Part shown: positions 35,726 to 37,321 of the stretch, piece after piece
How positions within the stretch are numbered: position 1 is the stretch's first letter
Layout: every line of letters starts with the position of its first letter
Source: a virus
Taxonomy: Duplodnaviria; Caudoviricetes
Direction: 5' to 3' (one strand)
Virus record (IMG/VR): IMGVR_UViG_3300012942_001477
Coordinates: 1 to 37,321 of that record
DNA length: 37,321 nt
Program-made: the position numbers and the translations under genes
The notes under the pieces: generated by a model
What the model saw: the letters and a program-made list of their open reading frames with translations, nothing else
What the model was told of the DNA's origin: nothing
The model's database searches: none

Positions 35726-36364
35726 ATGGCATCCACTGAAGCGTACATCAAGGAGAATCTCTCGAAATGGTCAGCAATGCTGCGCCAACTGTTTAGGGAA
35801 AATATTCCTCAATCCATGACTTGGTCGACACTGCCAGAGATCGTCATGGTGCTGAAGCAAGTGGGCGCGGAAGGTGACGTCGCTCATATGTTCTACCCTA
35901 CGGGTGGCGGCAATGATCTTAAGGGAGCGGCTGTGTCGCCGAGCGAGGCCGGTTGTATCGAATTGAGGCCAAATGGAGCCGTACAGCTTGTCAAGCCGGT
36001 ATTACTCAGCTTCGAGTCCGTGAGGGCGGATGACTTGCAGTGGGCCTACTTCCGATTGGAGTGCGAAGCTCTGAGTGCGACAAATATGGACAATGAACCG
36101 CCCACGGAAACCGAAGAACTTACTGAAATCCAGCCTGGTGAATATGCGCCCCGGTCAGCATGGGATGAAAATTACCATGATGGTCAGAGATTACCCGATG
36201 GAGCTCGCGTGGTGGTGCGTTGGTTGAGCGCAGGGGCTTGGGTCATCTTTGCTAAAGGCTCTGTATACAACCAGGTGTCAGGAACTTACGATGGACGCCA
36301 CGCGAAACTTACCGCCTCCCAATTCCGAGACTACATAGCAAATAGCGCAAGGGCTTCAGATTAA
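35726..36364 (+). CDS. Hypothetical protein (212 aa)
   Basis: Strong purine-rich RBS (GAAGGAAGG); motif-rich sequence HMFYPTGGGNDL, GCIEL, YFRLE, IFAKGSVYN, TYDGRH. Confidence 0.85.
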   Translation: MASTEAYIKENLSKWSAMLRQLFRENIPQSMTWSTLPEIVMVLKQVGAEGDVAHMFYPTGGGNDLKGAAVSPSEAGCIELRPNGAVQLVKPVLLSFESVRADDLQWAYFRLECEALSATNMDNEPPTETEELTEIQPGEYAPRSAWDENYHDGQRLPDGARVVVRWLSAGAWVIFAKGSVYNQVSGTYDGRHAKLTASQFRDYIANSARASD

Positions 36365-36642
36365 ACTGTTTTTACTGGAGTTCTCTTCTGCTTTGATTTC
36401 GGAGATGAGGCAGTGTTCTCAACCCCTTCGAAATCTGGACGTCCGACCGATATAACGTCCCCACTGGAACCGCAATTATCACACTTCAATTCTGTTGGCT
36501 TAGGCCCTGTCACGCGGCAAACGCCACTGAAACCAGCGAGGTATCCAGACCACCTGAACCAGTCATCTGAATCAACTGTGGCCTTGCCACTATTCCCGCA
36601 GGCCTGACATCGCAAATCCCATTGAGTAGTCTCGGTGCTCAT
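36361..36642 (-). CDS. Small Zn-ribbon protein (93 aa)
   Basis: Two CxxC pairs (CQACG, CDNCG); ATG start with GAAGG upstream. Confidence 0.65.
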   Translation of the reverse strand: MSTETTQWDLRCQACGNSGKATVDSDDWFRWSGYLAGFSGVCRVTGPKPTELKCDNCGSSGDVISVGRPDFEGVENTASSPKSKQKRTPVKTV

Positions 36643-36687
36643 TGCCGAATTGTACCTTCACATCTATCTGCTGTTATCAACAAAAGG

Positions 36688-36720
36688 AGACCCCGGTTTT
36701 CAGGCCGGGGTCTTTGCTTT
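36688..36720. terminator. Intrinsic terminator-like hairpin
   Basis: AGACCCCGG (36688-36696) / CCGGGGTCT (36705-36713), A-run on the left and T-rich on the right; directly after the stop of 36723..36848. Confidence 0.8.
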
Positions 36721-36722
36721 CT

Positions 36723-36848
36723 TTATTCGTTTTCTCTGGCTTCGTCTTCCAGGAACTGCTGTTCGATCCGATCTAGGCGAGCAATCAGCAGGCGGATAAG
36801 GAGGATGGTGGCGACAACGATGGTGAGGAGGATGGCAACTATCTTCAT
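36723..36848 (-). CDS. 41-aa single-pass membrane peptide (not in ORF track)
   Basis: MKIVAILLTIVVATILLIRLLIARLDRIEQQFLEDEARENE*; GGAGG RBS; ATGA overlap with the upstream gene stop. Confidence 0.75.
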   Translation of the reverse strand: MKIVAILLTIVVATILLIRLLIARLDRIEQQFLEDEARENE

Positions 36849-37321
36849 TGCGCACCCTCCGTCTGGAGCAGCGCCACAGCTTGCATCCGGTTATGGCCTG
36901 CCCTGAGCCAATCCGTTGCCCGATCCTCGACTCGGCGCTCATCAGAGGAGTGCAGGTATACGTGGGCCAGCTCATGAGCGACGAGGTGCTCTGGCATCAT
37001 TACCCGGTCCTGGCCTAGTAGGGTGGTTCCCCTGAGCAGGGTGGAATGGTTGTCAGGATTCGTAGCTCCGAAGATGCCCCGGCCGTACCCGGCATGCCCA
37101 GCGAGGGCCATCAGGTCGTCCCAGGCGCGGTCGTCGCAGGCTATGACGAACGTCCATCTCTCCGGGTGGGGGAAAAGGGCAAGCTGCCCCTTCAAGGCCT
37201 CTCCCTGATCCAGGCAGACCTGCGGGATGGAGTCGTCTGCGGGTGGATGGGAAGGGAAGTAGCGGATAGAAATCTGTCCCAGGCCGGGCAGTGTCGGCAG
37301 GAACAAAAACAAAGTGAACAT
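36845..37321 (-). CDS. Putative secreted HEXXH zinc metallopeptidase (start may lie beyond window)
   Basis: LVAHELAHVYL...DE; hydrophobic N-terminus. Confidence 0.7.
   Translation of the reverse strand: MFTLFLFLPTLPGLGQISIRYFPSHPPADDSIPQVCLDQGEALKGQLALFPHPERWTFVIACDDRAWDDLMALAGHAGYGRGIFGATNPDNHSTLLRGTTLLGQDRVMMPEHLVAHELAHVYLHSSDERRVEDRATDWLRAGHNRMQAVALLQTEGAQ

Noticed and set aside
1176-36713. Similar hairpins at 1176-1199 and 36688-36713 (CCCCGGTTT...AGGCCGGGG) as possible attL/attR
   Set aside because: Not identical, both are explained as terminators, and recombination there would leave the integrase outside the element.

Overview
This window is an apparently complete temperate siphovirus-type prophage with an HK97-like head and a lambda-like non-contractile tail. 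From left to right it carries: a tyrosine integrase and convergent excisionase (1-1453); an early region of unrecognisable ORFs with no identifiable repressor, Cro or replication gene (1446-4770); an HNH gene, a phage ECF-type sigma factor and small genes (5185-7501); a cos-like site, ParB-fused DNA methyltransferase, terminase, portal, protease and capsid (7500-14400); neck and tail genes with a cell-wall hydrolase inserted among them and a -1 frameshifted tail chaperone (14454-26254); then a holin-like gene and a signal-peptide-bearing LamG/SGNH tailspike-like protein (26263-28982). The right arm holds a reverse-strand three-gene cassette (secreted accessory protein, Sec-signal Rhs toxin, 4-TM immunity candidate; 29189-35075), a triply frameshifted and truncated SRAP pseudogene, and four small accessory genes. 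The most unusual observations are a small pre-packaging gene whose C-terminus aligns ungapped to the C-terminus of the phage's own tape measure protein, and the Sec-exported Rhs cassette lacking any T6SS adaptor. An Acidobacteriota-like host is a guess from protein style only. No att site or RNA gene was identified. All family calls come from motif recognition by eye, not database searches.
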